Source of the DNA: an uncultured cyanobacterium
Lineage (GTDB): Bacteria; Acidobacteriota; Vicinamibacteria; Vicinamibacterales; UBA2999
DNA length: 64,000 nt
NCBI GenBank assembly: GCA_963833135.1
Contig: CAWHWW010000010.1
Span: 16,822-80,821 of the forward strand
Direction: 5' to 3'
Both the position numbers and the translations under genes were made by a program. Position 1 is the first letter of the stretch. Each line of letters begins with the position of its first letter. Positions 62,637 through 64,000 of this stretch are shown here, piece by piece. The notes beneath the pieces are model-generated. The model searched no databases and had not been told where the DNA came from. It saw nothing but the letters and a program-made list of their open reading frames with translations.

Positions 62637-63800
62637 ATGACGGACAAGCACCTGAAGGGACCGTGGTACAGGCAGCCGAAGTTGACCGCGATGCCGCAAC
62701 TCGTCGAAATTCGCAACCAGCTCAGGCGTGAGAATCTGCACGATACGGAAGAATCGCCACTTGAAAAGCGAGTTGATACTGCTGAGCCGGATGCCGCGCT
62801 GCGGGAAGAGCGCACCGTCGATGGCTCGTACAACGATCTCGAGCTCCACGCCAAGGCGAAGCTCATCAACTCAGCGCTCATGGCCAAGATCCATACCGTC
62901 GAGTGGACTCCGGCCATCCTGCCGCACCCGGTCACCCAGCTCGCAATGCACGCAAATTGGTACGGCCTGGCGGGCGACGAGCTGCAGGAAGTCCTGAAGT
63001 TTCTAAACGACAACGAGATTCTCGGAGGCATCGTCGGGTCGAAATACGATCACCACACGGCTCCCTACGCGTTCACCGAAGAGTTCGTATCCGTGTACCG
63101 GATGCACCCGCTCATTCCCGACGACGTGGCCATCAGGTCGTTGGACAACGATGCCGTCGCGGAAACGATCGAGCTGCCCGAGCTGTCCGGCCGTAAGGCT
63201 CCCGGCGTCGTGAACCGGATAGGCATGTCCGATTTGTTCTACTCGTTCGGACGGTGTCACCCCGGCGCCATCACCCTGCACAACTACCCGAAGCATCTGC
63301 AGAATCTCAGTCGCGACAACGGTGAACATCTCGACCTCGCCGCCGTAGACATCTTCAGAGATCGGGAACGTGGCGTGCCCCGGTACAACCAGTTCCGCCG
63401 GCTCTTTCACAAGGACCCGGTGAAGTCGTTCGAGGAGCTGACGGACAACCCGGTGTGGCGCGAAGAAATTCGACGCGTCTACGGAAACGATGTGGAGAAG
63501 GTCGACTTGATGACCGGGCTCTATGCCGAACCGCTGCCGCCCGGATTCGGTTTTAGCGATACGGCGTTCCGCGTCTTCGTCCTCATGGCGTCACGACGCC
63601 TGAAGAGCGACCGCTTCTTTACGAACGATTATCGCGCCGAGGTATATACCGAATTCGGACTGAACTACCTGAAGGACAACTCAATGTTAACGGTCTTGAA
63701 GCGACACCATCCGGATTTGGCGCCTGCCCTCCGGGGTGTCGACAATGCCTTCAAGCCATGGCGTAAGGTCGAAGCAGGGGGTGCACATGTCGCGTCGTAA
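62637..63800 (+). CDS. alpha-dioxygenase/COX-type (animal haem peroxidase superfamily) fatty-acid haem dioxygenase homolog, apparently lacking ~230 aa of the N-terminal catalytic half
   Basis: LINSALMAKIHTVEWTPAIL, HHTAPYAFTEEFVSVYRMHPLIPD (cf. plant alpha-DOX PYSLTEEFVSVYRMH.LLP with catalytic Tyr and proximal His), AAVDIFRDRERGVPRYNQFRR, LMASRRLKSDRFFT. The N-terminal LRRENLHDT...RTVDGSYNDLE joins directly to LHAKAKLIN. Confidence 0.7.
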   Translation: MTDKHLKGPWYRQPKLTAMPQLVEIRNQLRRENLHDTEESPLEKRVDTAEPDAALREERTVDGSYNDLELHAKAKLINSALMAKIHTVEWTPAILPHPVTQLAMHANWYGLAGDELQEVLKFLNDNEILGGIVGSKYDHHTAPYAFTEEFVSVYRMHPLIPDDVAIRSLDNDAVAETIELPELSGRKAPGVVNRIGMSDLFYSFGRCHPGAITLHNYPKHLQNLSRDNGEHLDLAAVDIFRDRERGVPRYNQFRRLFHKDPVKSFEELTDNPVWREEIRRVYGNDVEKVDLMTGLYAEPLPPGFGFSDTAFRVFVLMASRRLKSDRFFTNDYRAEVYTEFGLNYLKDNSMLTVLKRHHPDLAPALRGVDNAFKPWRKVEAGGAHVAS

Positions 63801-64000
63801 TCGCCCGTCATCGTTTGAACCGTCGGATCTCAACGACCGCTGCTGTGTTGCGCCGAGTCCTCAACTGCGGGAACGTATCCGCGAAGTCTTGCGGAGCATC
63901 AACGAAACTCCCGGGGTCGCCGCTCGTGGCCGCGTCGTGTTCCAGCCACAGCAACGTCCCGGCTTCAACGATGGTTTGATCATTCCCGGCACCGAGTTTC
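63787..64000 (+). CDS. partial ORF running off the right edge, unrecognised
   Basis: Hand translation from ATG 63787, which overlaps the previous stop by 14 nt: MSRRNRPSSFEPSDLNDRCCVAPSPQLRERIREVLRSINETPGVAARGRVVFQPQQRPGFNDGLIIPGTEF... There is no stop before 64000. It is not in the ORF table. Confidence 0.3.
   Translation, partial: MSRRNRPSSFEPSDLNDRCCVAPSPQLRERIREVLRSINETPGVAARGRVVFQPQQRPGFNDGLIIPGTEF

Noticed and set aside
62838-62843. CTCGAG (XhoI site) exactly at the in-frame deletion junction of the dioxygenase-like gene as a cloning scar
   Set aside because: A single GC-rich hexamer is expected frequently by chance in this composition; other CTCGAG sites occur in the window. There are no vector-like flanks.

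Overview
This is a 64-kb high-GC bacterial chromosomal segment. I recognised no rRNA, tRNA, CRISPR array, transposase or integrase. The gene content looks Acidobacteriota-like: three ADOP-type duplicated FtsX/MacB permeases, a CarboxypepD_reg-type TonB-dependent receptor, a PEGA protein and a DUF4953-type metalloprotease. That taxonomic call is inference only. Positions 1-49.6 kb are mostly ordinary transport, metabolism and repair genes: two PQQ sugar dehydrogenases, bactofilin, TetR plus an RND efflux pair, an SSS symporter, Ada/AlkA, a B3 metallo-beta-lactamase, a Kef-type antiporter, an S9 peptidase, an acyl-CoA ligase, a GntR-ABC module, D-aminoacylase, an APC permease, kynB-kynU, ArsR-SRPBCC-DinB and mutM. 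Positions 49.6-64 kb form an accessory island, which I consider the most interesting part. It holds (a) a lipase-like hydrolase plus a di-haem cytochrome; (b) a plus-strand operon of mini-catalase -> caspase-like protease -> SLOG-like protein -> TIR-TPR protein; and (c) a convergent minus-strand operon of OYE flavoenzyme -> trypsin-like protease fused to a NucA/EndoG-type nuclease -> second caspase-like protease -> bacterial gasdermin -> unrecognised protein. Operon (c) is divergently paired with an alpha-dioxygenase-like haem enzyme that has an apparent in-frame internal deletion. Two observations cut across the window. First, most long genes are broken by frameshifts, with the protein continuing in another frame roughly every 0.3-1.5 kb. 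This looks like indel error in the assembly rather than biology, so starts and ends of broken genes are approximate. Second, many intergenic spacers carry hairpins or one-armed arrays built from tandem 7-9-nt words (GGGCTTGC, GGGTTCAA, AGTAGCC, CTTTCTGTG, GTTCTACG, TCCGTGTA), and some are G3N4-5 G-quadruplex-type arrays. All functional calls rest on motif recognition by eye in the supplied translations and on hand translation. No searches or computations were run.
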